Shown: positions 1-11,608 of the stretch, one piece after another
How the letters are laid out: each line of letters begins with the position of its first letter
Position numbering within the stretch: position 1 is the stretch's first letter
Assembly (NCBI RefSeq): GCF_001194135.2
Contig: NC_068994.1
Coordinates: 19,409,584-19,473,583, forward strand
Length of the DNA: 64,000 bases
Direction of reading: 5' to 3'
DNA from: Octopus bimaculoides
Lineage: Eukaryota
Position numbers and translations under genes: made by a program
The notes under the pieces: generated by a model
The model's database searches: none
What the model was told of the DNA's origin: nothing
Seen by the model: the letters and a program-made list of their open reading frames with translations, nothing else

Positions 1-87
1 CAAGGTATTGAGATGTTTGAGGCCGTAAATAAATAAAAATCTCTATCTTATCTGCATCTTGGGTATTTCGTCGTAGTACGTCAGCGA

Positions 88-128
<41 letters not shown>

Positions 129-129
<1 letters not shown>

Positions 130-289
130 CAAACTTCTTTCAGTTTTCATCTACCAAATCTACTCACAGGGCTTGGTCAGCTTGAGGCTATAGTGGAAGA
201 CACTTGCCTAAGGTGCCACGCAGTGGGACCAAACTCAGAACCATGTGGCTGGGAAGCAAGCTTTTTACCACACAGCCACACCTGCACCT
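129..289 (-). mobile_element. tRNA-derived SINE, family A head (CORE-like), with (TA)n tail at 89-128
   Basis: The minus strand reads GGTGTGGCTGTGTGG (A-box-like), a B-box-like region, then GGCACCTTAGGCAAGTGTCTTCC (CORE-like). It matches about 10 other copies in the window. Confidence 0.85.
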
Positions 290-1337
290 ACAATGTTGAT
301 TCCGTTTCACCTACGCTACTTCTTGTAACAAAGATGACACACAGTTATGTATCTTCTTCTTTAAGCTATCAGTTTTCTATAGAACAGAAATTAAAATCTT
401 TGTGTAAATCACAACAGAAATTAAGAAACTAATAGGAAGCTTATTAACGATGTACTCACTCACCACCACCCTTCAACTACATGTACTTCTACACTAATAT
501 TACCACTTTACACTACTTTCTTATTTCTTTGCATGCAAACTCATGCTCATGCTAGCACACCACTGAGTGTAAAGATCTTAACAGCTTAATGTAAATCAAC
601 AGCAATGAAGCAAACACTGAAACATGAGGAAATAAAGCATCAACACTACATTCTCTCTTCTCTTGAACAACATATACTATCAACAGATTTAACTTTTGTT
701 GACACCATCACAAGCATATACATTCTAAATAGTCTAATATAGTAAACATGATAAGAATATATTTAACAGCACTACTTTATGACTAGACCCATTCCTCACT
801 GCAAATGTACATTCTGTTTTTCAATTACTTTTAATTTAAATTTCAGGGTTATCTCCATTGCATTTATTGACTACATAATCAAGTTAATGGTTTTTGGTTT
901 TTTTCTCACCATGGGAATGACTTTAATTAATCAAAATTTTTCAGCTCACAACATTTAGTATGCTAGTATTAATTTTACTACTGAATAGTTGTAAATAGAG
1001 GAAGAGTAAAAATTCCAGGTAGACACTGTTTTAGCAATGAGGTTTTAAGGCTGTTCATCATCATACCAGTGACAAGGAGAAATGAGTACAACAAATTAGT
1101 TTGTAGTTAGAGTCCCTATTGTTAGAAATTGTGAAACAGAGGTTGAAGTACAAGTAGAAGAACAAGTAAGGAAATATAGCCTTTTGTTGAGCCAGTTTTG
1201 GGGAGTGATAATGATTGTGAACTAATCTATCACATTTTGTATTTTATTTCTCAACAATATTTATACTAGCAAGTTTGCTGACTATATAACAAAGGAAAAA
1301 CATAGAACTGATTAGCTTCTGGCTCATTTGAGAATAC

Positions 1338-2652
1338 CAGGGCTGGCCTTAAGCTGAATGGGCCAATTGCTCACAATAGGGCCCCACACACTCAAGGAGG
1401 CCACATCCTATACTGCGAATGCCCCTTTAAAAAAAAAAACATACTTTCTGCACTTTAGCAACACAAGATATCAAAAGATAAACCCATTCATCCAAAATTG
1501 CTTGGGTCAGCCTTGTTTATGTTTTTAGTGTAAAGGTCAGTTGTATGTATGCATGTATATGAATGTCTGGAAGTGTTTATGGGCATGTTTGGGTAAATAT
1601 TTGCGTGTGAGAGAGTACCTATGTGGTTGTTTCAGTGTATGGTGAATTGTATGTATATATGTGTGCATATGGTTATGCATGTACGTGTGTATATATATGT
1701 GTGTGTTTGTGTGTATGTATTAAAGAAAGCAAAAATAAAACAAAAATGATAGAAGCAAAAAGCTAAATGTGTGTGTAAAAGAATTCATTGCTCAGTATTT
1801 TGGCCACAGGAATTTCTGTCAAAGAGACATGGTTAAACAAAGGTTAAAAGTTCAATTATTTTTCATAGTGGTTTGGTTTGTTTGAGGACTTTGTATTTGT
1901 GTGAATATATGCATATGTATGTTTATGCTTGTATGTGTATGATTGTACGCATATGCATTTTTTAGTGTGTGGTGAATTGTATACATACATATATGCGCGC
2001 GCATGTGTATATGTAGTGAGAGAGAGATGGGGAGGTGAGATAAAATTTCGTGTTCAAAAGAGAAAATCTCTTTGCAATGACACTCATTCAGGTTTTTGGA
2101 CAAGCACAAACACACAGCCACACACACACATGAGGACATAGTAGGATACATTTGGTGTCACACAGTAGTGCTAAGCCCAGAACCATATAGCTAAGAAACA
2201 GTCTTCTTGCCACACAGACGGGACTGTGTTTTCTACAACAGAGGTTATAGAAAAAATATAAGTATGTGACCAGCTTCCAAAAAATTCTAATTACTAATTT
2301 GTTTTTTATGTATATCTTTTTTAGCGTAACATCATGCAACAGATAAAAGTTTCTTTGGGAACTTGTTAAATTTCTTTCCAATTTTTGCCAGAATATTTTT
2401 AGAAAGCGTAGTTTTGCTTCGTGATGGTGAAAATTTTCGGTAAATTTATAGTTTAACACTGAACTCGATTTTAGTGGGAAATAATGTTTTTGCCTCATTT
2501 AAAATTTTTTTTCTTGTGCTATCAACTAATCTCATTTCCTAATATGCTACAAATGATTTTTTCCATGGAAATCAGAGGCGGGTGCGGTAAGTTGAACCCT
2601 TGGAAATTCATCATTACCCAATTGGGCCCTACACCTCCTAAGGCTGGCCCTG
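1338..2652. mobile_element. Non-autonomous hAT-type DNA transposon
   Basis: Perfect 8-bp TSD GAGAATAC (1330-1337, 2653-2660). 16-bp TIRs CAGGGCTGGCCTTAAG and CAGGGCCAGCCTTAGG (13/16 match). Subterminal GGGCC motifs. No recognisable transposase. Confidence 0.8.
2110..2215 (-). mobile_element. Degraded family A SINE head nested in the hAT element
   Basis: AAGCCCAGAACCATATAGCTAAGAAACAGTCTTCTTGCCACACAG is similar to the family A head. Confidence 0.5.
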
Positions 2653-2923
2653 GAGAATACTAAATGAAGAGATGCCCAGAAAAATTTTGCAATGCATAGA
2701 TCTATGCATGTAGTTTGTCAAATGTGACTAACAGAGTATCAGTAGAGTGAAATGTTACCTTTTAGTATGTAAATTAACATGCAACATGTATTGTCTAATG
2801 GCATTGTTCAATGCAGAGAAATAAATAAATAAATAACATGATGGATGATGTAATAGAAGTAAATTAACTCAGAACAGACAATAGAAGACCTAATGCATTA
2901 TATATTTGCTTAGTCACTTGTTG

Positions 2924-2992
2924 AGTAGAATGACTCAGTGGAAATGTGCTGGGCTCATAATCCTGGTCTGTAGATTGAAACTATGCTCTGCA
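2924..2992 (+). pseudogene. Decayed initiator tRNA-Met pseudogene
   Basis: AGTAGAATGACTCAGTGGAAATGTGCTGGGCTCATAATCCTGGTCTGTAGATTGAAACTATGCTCTGC aligns end to end with eukaryotic tRNA-iMet (AGCAGAGTGGCGCAGCGGAAGCGTGCTGGGCCCATAACCCAG...GATCGAAACCATCCTCTGCT). CAT anticodon at 2956-2958. Mostly CpG-type transitions, with damaged A and B boxes. Confidence 0.7.
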
Positions 2993-3739
2993 AAGAAATG
3001 GATATTATTTTTGATGTTTATACATTGCAACTGAATTGTCTACAAACATACCAACCTTGTACACTTATATATACCTACAGGTGTAGGTAAAAATTATATT
3101 ATGCAACAGAAATTTATACAGGGTCACTGAATCACCAAATGACTGGGTTATATCAATACCCAAGTAGCAGACTGGTAGAGACAACAGGATTTATTGCTTA
3201 GCATATAATATATATATATATATATATATATTATCTCTGATGGGTGCAGACTTTTAGGTAAGTTTGTAACATTCAAGTGTTAGAAATGTTTAAAATTTCC
3301 TATTTCTCAAATAGGAAATCCTGTCTTTGTAATGTTACAATGACAATGAGGTGTCTGTGATGTCAGTAAACATTCAATTGAAGTTAGTGTGCATTATTCT
3401 ACAGGAAATAGAGCTCCTGGTGAAATCACAAGTCTTGTTTAGACAACAAAGTTGATTCTATGCTTATTGAATGTATGCCTATGATCTTATTCACAGTTTA
3501 TACACACATATTACAAGTGATGATTAACTGGTACAGAAAGAAGTTTTAGTGGAATTTTCCATCACAAATGCTATTGCAAGAGTGACCCTTGGTTTCAGGT
3601 CTTTGAAATCAACTAGTGTTCTGGCTGCAAAGTTATATACCTAACTCCTGTGAAATCTGTGATGATGTACCAACAAGTAAGGCACATACATACATATGCA
3701 TGTGTTTATAAATATATATTTATATATATTTACACATAC

Positions 3740-3955
3740 ATGTGTGTTAGTGCCTCTTTACTTTGACATCGCACGATAGTCATAAATGAGTATCACCATC
3801 ATGCAAGCAGTGTCCAGTCATGTGGGATATTATCTTACTTAGAAACAGGTGAGGGTTAATGAATGGAAGGGCATGAGGCCATAGAAAATCTGCCTCAACA
3901 AATTCCGTCCACCCCATGTGAGCATGAGAAAGTGGACATTAAAACAATGACAAGA
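3740..3955 (+). mobile_element. SINE 3' module with V-domain-like motif and RTE-type tail
   Basis: GGAAGGGCATGAGGCCATAGAAAATCTGCC...GCATGAGAAAGTGGACATTAAAACAATGA. The same module occurs at 15540-15895 and 41570-41780. Confidence 0.7.
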
Positions 3956-5877
3956 CAGACAGATATATTCACTTCTTAATTTTAGAGACAATTCTGTGAA
4001 ATGTCAATAGCCTGATAAATAAGCATTATCCATCCTTGCCCACTTACTATAAATTATTAAGAGTCAACAAAGAACCCACGAAAATGTAACCAAATGTCCA
4101 AATCACTTTATTTAAAACAAAAACAAAAAAAAACAAAAACATATGAATGAATAAAATCCATAGATTGTCTATATGCTTATTCAAGGCTCAGCTGCAAGCA
4201 AAACTATTATCACTACTGAAACTTATTTTCAAATACTGGCCCTTTGTCATACTGTATCTTCCATCTCATTATCTATTCTATTTATTCTATTGTTAAGTTT
4301 ACTCTACTTCAGCAAAACTTTTTGCAGTTATTTCTCTGTTTCTTACCACTGTTTCTGCTCTCTCAAATAAGAATATTATGTTTTATTATTATCAGCCACA
4401 CTTCATATGACCACAAATGACAACAACACTAGCTTACACTAACTATTCTGGCTTTTCAAACTTTACACAAACAAATTTTATTCACTCCTTATAACCTTTT
4501 TGGCACAAAATATTTGACGACCAATAACTAACAACATATCACACATGGATTCAACAATTAAAAACATATATGGCTATTATCGTTGGAATAGGTATTAGCT
4601 GTTTCGGCATGTCCTATGCAAACATCCAAATTTACAACAAAATAAAAACAAAAAGAAGGGGAAAAAAGGCCTTTTGCGAGAAGTGGGCCACATGAGACAT
4701 ACCTCATATTTAGGCAGGCCACACTACTAAAAAAATTTCAAGGTAATTTTTCAGAAGGCATACAACTGAGAAAGTTCTGTGGGCCACAGGCTGCCCATGG
4801 TGTGTTCTAAGTACTTGCTTGATATACTAGAAATAGCAGTTGAATCCTCTTTTCCATCACAGATACATTAGTCAATGTCATAAGATGGTCATGGATAGAA
4901 CCCCTTTGACAGTAGGCTTGCTCAATTGGGGCTGACCTGGGGGCTTGTTCAATAACAGTAACTATTGGTACTACTGTAACATACATACTGTAATGTTTTA
5001 TTTGCTAGCATGAATTTGTGGAAGGTAACAAAAATATTATCTGCACCTTTCTCTAAAGATGTTTAGCAGGATCAGAACTTATGTTTGCCACATATGAATT
5101 TCAAATCATAATTCAACTGTAGTTTGATCATGTGTGCAACCAAGTTTCTGTCCAATCAGTGGCTGTTGTTCATGTGATAGTTCTTTAGCTCATCTTGAAC
5201 TTTCCATAAGCACAGCCTATAAATACAGTCATAAAAGGTGCCAAATTTGCAGAGTGTTGCAGATATCAAAGCAGGCATGATGTTCTCCACTCTCACCATT
5301 CCTGTGTGTTCTTGAGCATGTTACCAACACACATTCCTTTGCCAGTCACTCTAATGGCTATATGCAATCGCAAGACAGACACGATACCACAACTGTATAT
5401 ATGCATCATGTTGAAACCACCCTAGCATTATACTTTGAACAGACATTTTTCCTTGCATGTTGTTTTATGCAATTTTCATCTTACTGCTTTTATATGTTAA
5501 ATGTAATGCATGAACATCTTTTCATACTAGTGCAGTGCAATAAATCAAAGTTCAAATGTTTGCTTAGTGTTGTGAAATTACTATACAAAGTTTTTTGTTA
5601 AGCAACATTGTTAAGCAACATTGGCATACATACACCCCTAACAACTACTGATGATTTTCAATGCTAGAAATGGCAGTCAACACAAGCAACAACAGATTGA
5701 AAAGCTAATATGGTGACTTGATTTTATATGGGAACAACACAGAACCCTAATAAATATCCAATCCTCCATCAAAACCTTGCCTTAGATGGCTAGCCTTTTC
5801 ATGGAAATTTATTGTGCTAATAACTCCTTGATGGATAACAGATTAAGGAGAGTCTAACGAGTTAGTTGATATGTCAT

Positions 5878-6257
5878 GTTGGCACTCCATCGCTTACGAC
5901 GTCGAGGGTTCCAGTTGATCCGATCAACAGATCAGCCAGCTCGTGAAATTAACATGCAAGTGGCTGAGCACTCCACAAACACGTGTACCCTTAACGTAGT
6001 TCTTGGGGATATTCATCGTGACAGTGTGACAAGGCTGACCCTTTGAATTACAGGCACAACAGAAACAGGAAGTAAGAGTGAGAGAAAGTTGTGGTGGAAG
6101 AGTACAGCAGGGTTCGCCACCATCCCCTGCCGGAGCCTCGTGGAGCTTTAGGTGTTTTCGCTCAATAAACACTCACAACACCCGGTCTGGGGATCGAAAC
6201 CGTGATCCTATGACCGCGAGTCCGCTGCCCTAACCACTGGGCCATTGTGCCTCCACA
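5878..6257 (-). mobile_element. Young full-length tRNA-derived SINE (380 bp)
   Basis: Intact A box TGGCCCAGTGG and B box GGTTTCGATCCC. Many CpGs retained. Perfect 12-bp TSD TTGATATGTCAT (5866-5877, 6258-6269). Confidence 0.9.
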
Positions 6258-6365
6258 TTGATATGTCATACTTAAATGTCAAATAGCAGATAAAACAAAT
6301 GGTATTTGAAAGAAAATGAATGCATGTTAAAAAATAAAGAGATAAATTTATAATAATCAACTTAC

Positions 6366-6487
6366 CTCATTAAAAGTATTTTTAATTAAATGTCCTTTGT
6401 GGTAAATTTGTGGCTGAACAATTTCATAGGAATGATTATGATGTTTGACAGTGTCTACTCTGTGGTATTTGTTGCTAGTGACTATAC
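6366..6487 (-). CDS. Internal coding exon (phase 1 to 0), ADAM/ADAMTS (M12B) prodomain-like N-terminal segment
   Basis: Strong acceptor (TTTCTTTTTTTTTTTTAAG|) and consensus donor (GAG|GTAAGT). 122 nt with only one open frame: (G)IVTSNKYHRVDTVKHHNHSYEIVQPQIYHKGHLIKNTFNE. SYEIVxP resembles the start of ADAM prodomains (e.g. SSYEIITP in ADAM9, YEVVYP in ADAM28). Product call rests on motif recognition only. Confidence 0.55.
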
Positions 6488-7084
6488 CTTAAAAAAAAAA
6501 AAGAAATCAAATAGATAAATAACATTTAAAGCATTGTGGATGAAACAAAAAGAAAATTAATTTCAAAGGAATGTGTAAGAATTTAAACTTAAATAATAAA
6601 ACATGTAAATGACTTAGATATAGGAATGTACCAAAGATAATGTATTAATTAGATACCAAAGACGAATGTATACAGGTATTTGAAAATACCTCATGGAATG
6701 ACAACCGTGCCTTGCATCGTCATAGGCTGCCCTTTTGAAGGCATAGCAACCATTTGGCCACACTGACAGGGATCTGGTGAAGTCATAGCAAATTGTGAAG
6801 AGGTAGCAGAAGAGCTCAATTGAGCCAATGGTGATTCTTACATTGATGCTGAGCAGAGGAAGATCAACATTCAGGGTCACCAAGCTCTATCAAGAGAATA
6901 GCTGAAACACATCCATAGGAGTGGAATCCTTGGTAGTGTAATCAGCTACTGAAAGATTCACTATGATTTAAGCTCTCAATTCAAATAATGGATCTGGATG
7001 GCAAAAGAGGCATGGGAATCCACGAAAACAGCAGGAAAAAAAACCTAGAATGTGTTAATGATCAAACATTTATGTAGTCTCTTG

Positions 7085-7250
7085 ATTTGCTAGAAACGGC
7101 ACCCAAATTTCTCTTCACCCATTCCATATCACCTTAAAAAGATAAAGAAACATCCTATATATACTATATATGAAAATAAGCAGCAGTCATGAATGGAACA
7201 CCTTTAATTACTAGTCTACTCATTTGGAGTCCACCTGGTGCTAAACAACA
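7085..7250 (+). repeat. Unclassified ~170-200 bp interspersed repeat (family D) ending in (CAA)n
   Basis: CTAGAAA...CCAAAT... and ...CCTGGTGCTAAACAACAA motifs recur approximately at 4815-4960, 17283-17400, 22500-22660 and 40070-40245 (+), and at 16265-16400, 21940-22070, 23880-24050 and 43170-43335 (-). Confidence 0.6.
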
Positions 7251-7906
7251 ATTTTTGATATAGGTGCAAGGCTCAAAATACGATGGGTTGGGGAAAACAT
7301 CTAAGTCAACTAAATGAACTCCAGTAGTTGACTAGGAAGAAAGAAAAACAAAGACGACCTTAGCGTGAACTGAACTCAATACACAGAGAACAAGGAGAAA
7401 TTCTGCAAGACATTTTCTCCAATAGTAATAATAGTGCAATCAACAAGAGATTAAATTGTAATAACATATAAGAGGAATAATTTGAATAGCAGTACGTGCA
7501 CTAGTTAAAAGAACAAGCTGTATGAAAATGAAGTATCAATATTTTTGGACAGAATGGTAATCAGAATTATATTCTCTGTTCACTAACAGAGCTTGTAATC
7601 TAGAGTTGCAATTCCCTGATGGAACCATTCCTTTCTCATAACCTCACTAATGCCTTTAGGAAAATAAGAATATTATAACCCCTAGAAATATTAAGCTATG
7701 TGCATCTTCTATATACCTTTCTTGTTGTTATCAGTTTCCCTGTACATTCTTAGTTCAAATCTCACTTTGCTTTTGTAGGGTTCTCGACCATTTTTTTTTT
7801 ATCTACAGACCCCTTTGATTACTATTTTATTTTAGTGGATCCCATTCAATATTCTATAGAAACTTCTTTCAAAATTTCTATTTTGTTTTTCACACATGAA
7901 CTTATA

Positions 7907-8151
7907 CAGAGTTGGCCAAAAGTCACCCGACAAATCAATATTCCATAAATACTATCTGTAATTCTGCATTGACTCAAAAGGAGAACTGTGTTGCTCAAGA
8001 AGGATTTCAGTTTGAACATTTTCATGATGAACATTTTTCATGATGTTTCATATTTAGATGCTTTTATTAAATTCATTCAGTTGTTAAACATAAATAAATC
8101 TTGGAATTAAATGGTTTTGATTTACTGTCAGGGGACTTTTGGCCAACCCTG
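7907..8151 (+). mobile_element. Tc1/mariner-type MITE (245 bp)
   Basis: TA target duplication on both sides. 26-bp TIRs CAGAGTTGGCCAAAAGTCACCCGACA and CAGGGTTGGCCAAAAGTCCCCTGACA. The interior keeps a transposase C-terminus-like remnant (QEGFQFEHF). Confidence 0.85.
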
Positions 8152-8225
8152 TATAGGTTGAACTATGTAAGATGTTAGAGAAAGAAACCTAGCTGTTTCT
8201 TGCAATACATTCCAATACATACATA

Positions 8226-8680
8226 CATCATCATCATTATCATTTAATATCCGCTTTCCATGCTAGCATGGGCTGGACAATTTGACTGAGTACTGGCGAA
8301 CCAGATGGCTGCACCAGGCTCCAATCTCATCTGGCAGAGTTTCTACAGCTGGATGCCCTTCCTAATGCCAACCACTCCGAGAGTGTAGTGGGTGCTTTTA
8401 CGTGCCACCGGCATGAGGGCCAGTCTGGCGGTACTGGCAACGGCCATGCTCAAATGGTGTTTTTTATGTGTCACCTGCACAGGAGTCAGTCCAGCGGCAC
8501 TGACAACGACCTCGCACAAATGTTTTGTTCACATCTGCACTAAGTTTGGCATGGTTTCTACAGCTGGATGCCCTTTACGGAGTGTATTGATAGTATTTTT
8601 TAATATAGCATCAGCACTGGTGAAGTCACCAAGTACCTGCAAGACAAGACCCCCTCAACTGAGTTGGGTATAGAACTGAG
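8226..8680 (-). mobile_element. SINE with V-domain-like body and RTE-type (ATG)n tail (family C)
   Basis: The minus strand has GGAAGGGCATCCAGCTGTAGAAA and ends GCATGGAAAGCGGATATTAAATGAT(GAT)n. Homologous copies at 18567-18690, 20540-20740 and 28790-29250. Confidence 0.8.
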
Positions 8681-9764
8681 AGATAAGAAACTAGAATAGA
8701 GTGACAGGGGCAGGTGTCTTGCTGAAGCAGTGAATACATGACTTGCTCATCTGGAGAGGGAGGGATGGAAGAAGGAGGAGAGAGACAAACAGAGATAGAG
8801 ATGTGAATATGATATGGGGAATATGACAGAATACAACAGAGAAGCAGAAAATGTGAATGTGTAGATAAGTGTGCATAGTGAAAATAGTGTGACAGATGGT
8901 TAATGACAAGGAATGAGTTATACCAGTTCATCATCATTATTAAAATGTATTAAGAAAAAAAGTAACAGAAACAAAGTTAGAATTAGTTAGAATTAAAATG
9001 GTCAGATTAAGAGATTTATATCCTACTGTAAGTGGTTTGTTATGTTTCTGGTCAAAGACAATTTTATTTTCCTTCATTTACCTATTTAGTTAATAAGTAC
9101 CAGCTTTTCAGTGAAGATTTTTGTGATAGACTAACACATAAATCCAGAGTTTTATCAGCTAAATATTCAGAGAGAAATGCTGACTGTGTTAGCTCTTGCA
9201 TATATATAATGATATATATTTACTTTGCTTTTGTTTATGTATTCTTGAAATTATACTGACAGCATAATTTTTTTATTAAAAACCAGATATTTTGATTATA
9301 TAATCAATACCAACTCAGAACTTCGTTATTGGTTAACATAAAAAAGAAAAGCAACACAGAAATTTATCAGGTTTCTTTCCTCACCCTCCCACAAATAACA
9401 AAAACACAATTTCATTGAAAGATATTCTTAAAATCTCTGGGCTACCACTAACTCAGTTTCCCTCTGACTCATGACACATAACTGATTTTTCAGAACAAAG
9501 AGTAATTTCTAACCCTAAAACCTGCACACCATCTGCTTTTTAAAATAATTCATGCAATTTTTATATATAGCTTGCTTTTGATTAACTCAAACTAATGAAA
9601 AACTCTCATATTTTTTTAATTTATTTTTATGGGGGAAGAATCTCATTTTTGTTCTATGACTTATGACAAAGCCCAGTTTTGTTGGAGAGTTGGTGAGGAC
9701 ATAAAGTCAACTGAATTAGCTTTGCTATATCACTGGTATAGTGAAGCTGATTTTATGGATTTCT

Positions 9765-10095
9765 CACCCACACTGTGGCACCATGGGAAAATGTCTTCTA
9801 CTGTAGCCAAGGGCTAACTGAACCCTTGTGAATGGATTTGGTAGAAAAGAAGCCCATTGTGTGTGTGTGTGTGTATTTATATATATATATATTTGTATGT
9901 AAATTTCTGTTTGTACCCCAACACTGATTGACAACCAGTATTGGTTTGCTTACATCCCTGTAACCATCCAGTTCAGCATAAAAGACTGACAGAATAAGTA
10001 CCAGGTTTAAAAAATATATACTGGGGTTGATTGATTTAACTGAAAGCCTTCTAGGTGGTGTCCTAGCATAGCTGCAGTCCAATGACTGAAGCAAT
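9765..10095 (+). mobile_element. Family A SINE, 5'-truncated: CORE-like head, microsatellite hinge, module 2
   Basis: GTGGCACCATGGGAAAATGTCTTCTAC, then (GT)n(TA)n, then ...ATAAGTACCAGG...TACTGGGGTTGAT...AATGACTGAA. Confidence 0.8.
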
Positions 10096-10190
10096 AATAG
10101 GAGATAATAGGAGATAAAATAGGAGATAAAATAGGAGATAATAGGAGATAAAATAGGAGATAAAATAGGAGATAAAATAGGAGATAAAAT
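10096..10190. repeat. Minisatellite of 10/12-bp units (AATAGGAGAT with or without AA), 8 units, followed by (TGCA)n(TACA)n to 10256
   Basis: Read directly from the sequence. It sits at the 3' tail of the preceding SINE. Confidence 0.95.
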
Positions 10191-10261
10191 ATGCATGCAT
10201 GCATGCATGCATACATACACACATACATACATACATACATACATACATACATACATCACTG

Positions 10262-10385
10262 AAGTGATGATTAGGCTGTTGGATTCATGATTGTGAAATT
10301 ATGTATTTGAATCCTAGATTGAACATGCACTATGTCCTTGGACAAGGCACTTCATCTCAAATTACTGCAGTTTACTCAGTTGAAA
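10262..10385 (+). mobile_element. Old CORE/MIR-like SINE fragment
   Basis: TATGTCCTTGGACAAGGCACTTCATCTC...CTGCAGTTTACTCAG resembles the CORE domain. Confidence 0.5.
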
Positions 10386-11474
10386 CTAAGTTTCATCTAC
10401 TGCCGAGTGGAGCCTCACAGACTATTAGATCCAAATCTTGCAATTTCAAGATGGCAGCAGCTCTTGATAGCTGGAGTACACTGAATGAGCAAGGTTACAT
10501 CAACTAGAGCAAAGTTTGAACTTAGTAATATAGAAGTCTGAATTAGATAGGGTGAAGTGCAATATTGGCAACAACTTTTCCCATTCTGTAATAGTTCTTT
10601 TCTCTTCCATCAGTCATTTCTTATTCCCATTATAAATTCTTGGTAGGTCCATGACCAAGTTTTTGTTTTCATTTAGAACCAACAGGAAACCACTCTATGA
10701 TGTCATTCTCTGAAACAGCACAAGATATCTGGAACAAAACACTGCTTTACAATTTCCCAATTCCTCAAATCTAGTGTTTATAACAATGCTCACTTCATAT
10801 ATTTTTTCTTTTTAAATTTCCTGTTTTCCTCAATCTCATAAATTCAATTATTTAACAAAAGTTAAATTGTTAGAAACAAATGACAAGAATATCTGGGATA
10901 GGACCAAATTTGCCAAACAAAGTACATTAGACATAACAAAAACCTAGCTCAATCATTTGTTTACTTACTTATTTATTTATTCAGAGGAGTGTTTGCCTAG
11001 ATGCCTAGATAATGAGGTCATGTGATTTAAGTACTCTGTGCAAATGAAGACAACAACTGACACATAAAATGGTATTAGAATGAATATTCTCTTAGTTGGG
11101 CTTTGTATATAAGTAGGAACACACACACACACACACACACATACTTACATGAACATATGTAAACTAGAAACCCAAATGCCAAATAGAAGGTGAATTAGTT
11201 TATGAATCAATGAAGACTGAAGTGAACATTCTATAGTTAATGCTCAAAGTATATTACAGTTCATTCATTAATGTCAATCTCATTTATAACCTTGTAAATT
11301 TTTATTGTCATTCTATTTATTCCAAACGCAGTATAATGTTGAAATCAAACAGCAGATTCTTCGTAGTTCAGTTTATTTGTTTCCTACACAGTTATGTCAT
11401 GTGATAATCCACTTCCAGTTCACTCAGATTACAAAAACTGAGCCATTATTCATATATATATATATATATATATA

Positions 11475-11608
11475 NNNNNNNNNNNNNNNNNNNNNNNNNN
11501 NNNNNNNNNNNNNNNNNNNNNNNNNNNNNNNNNNNNNNNNNNNNNNNNNNNNNNNNNNNNNNNNNNNNNNNNNNNNNNNNNNNNNNNNNNNNNNNNNNNN
11601 NNNNNNNN
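11475..11608. other. Assembly gap next to (TA)n
   Basis: N run. Confidence 1.

Noticed and set aside
2692-2709. Perfect 18-bp palindrome ATGCATAGATCTATGCAT
   Set aside because: About one such palindrome is expected by chance in 64 kb of this composition.
6614-6948. GC-richer stretch and 89-aa ORF next to the ADAM-like exon
   Set aside because: The obvious acceptor and donor pair encloses stops in all frames, and the plus frame has several stops. It is probably an unidentifiable TE relic.
9798-10259. ORFs with YVCM and SPIL repeats (also 11305, 38575-38954, 47776 and 57298)
   Set aside because: These are translations of microsatellites or read-through across N gaps.
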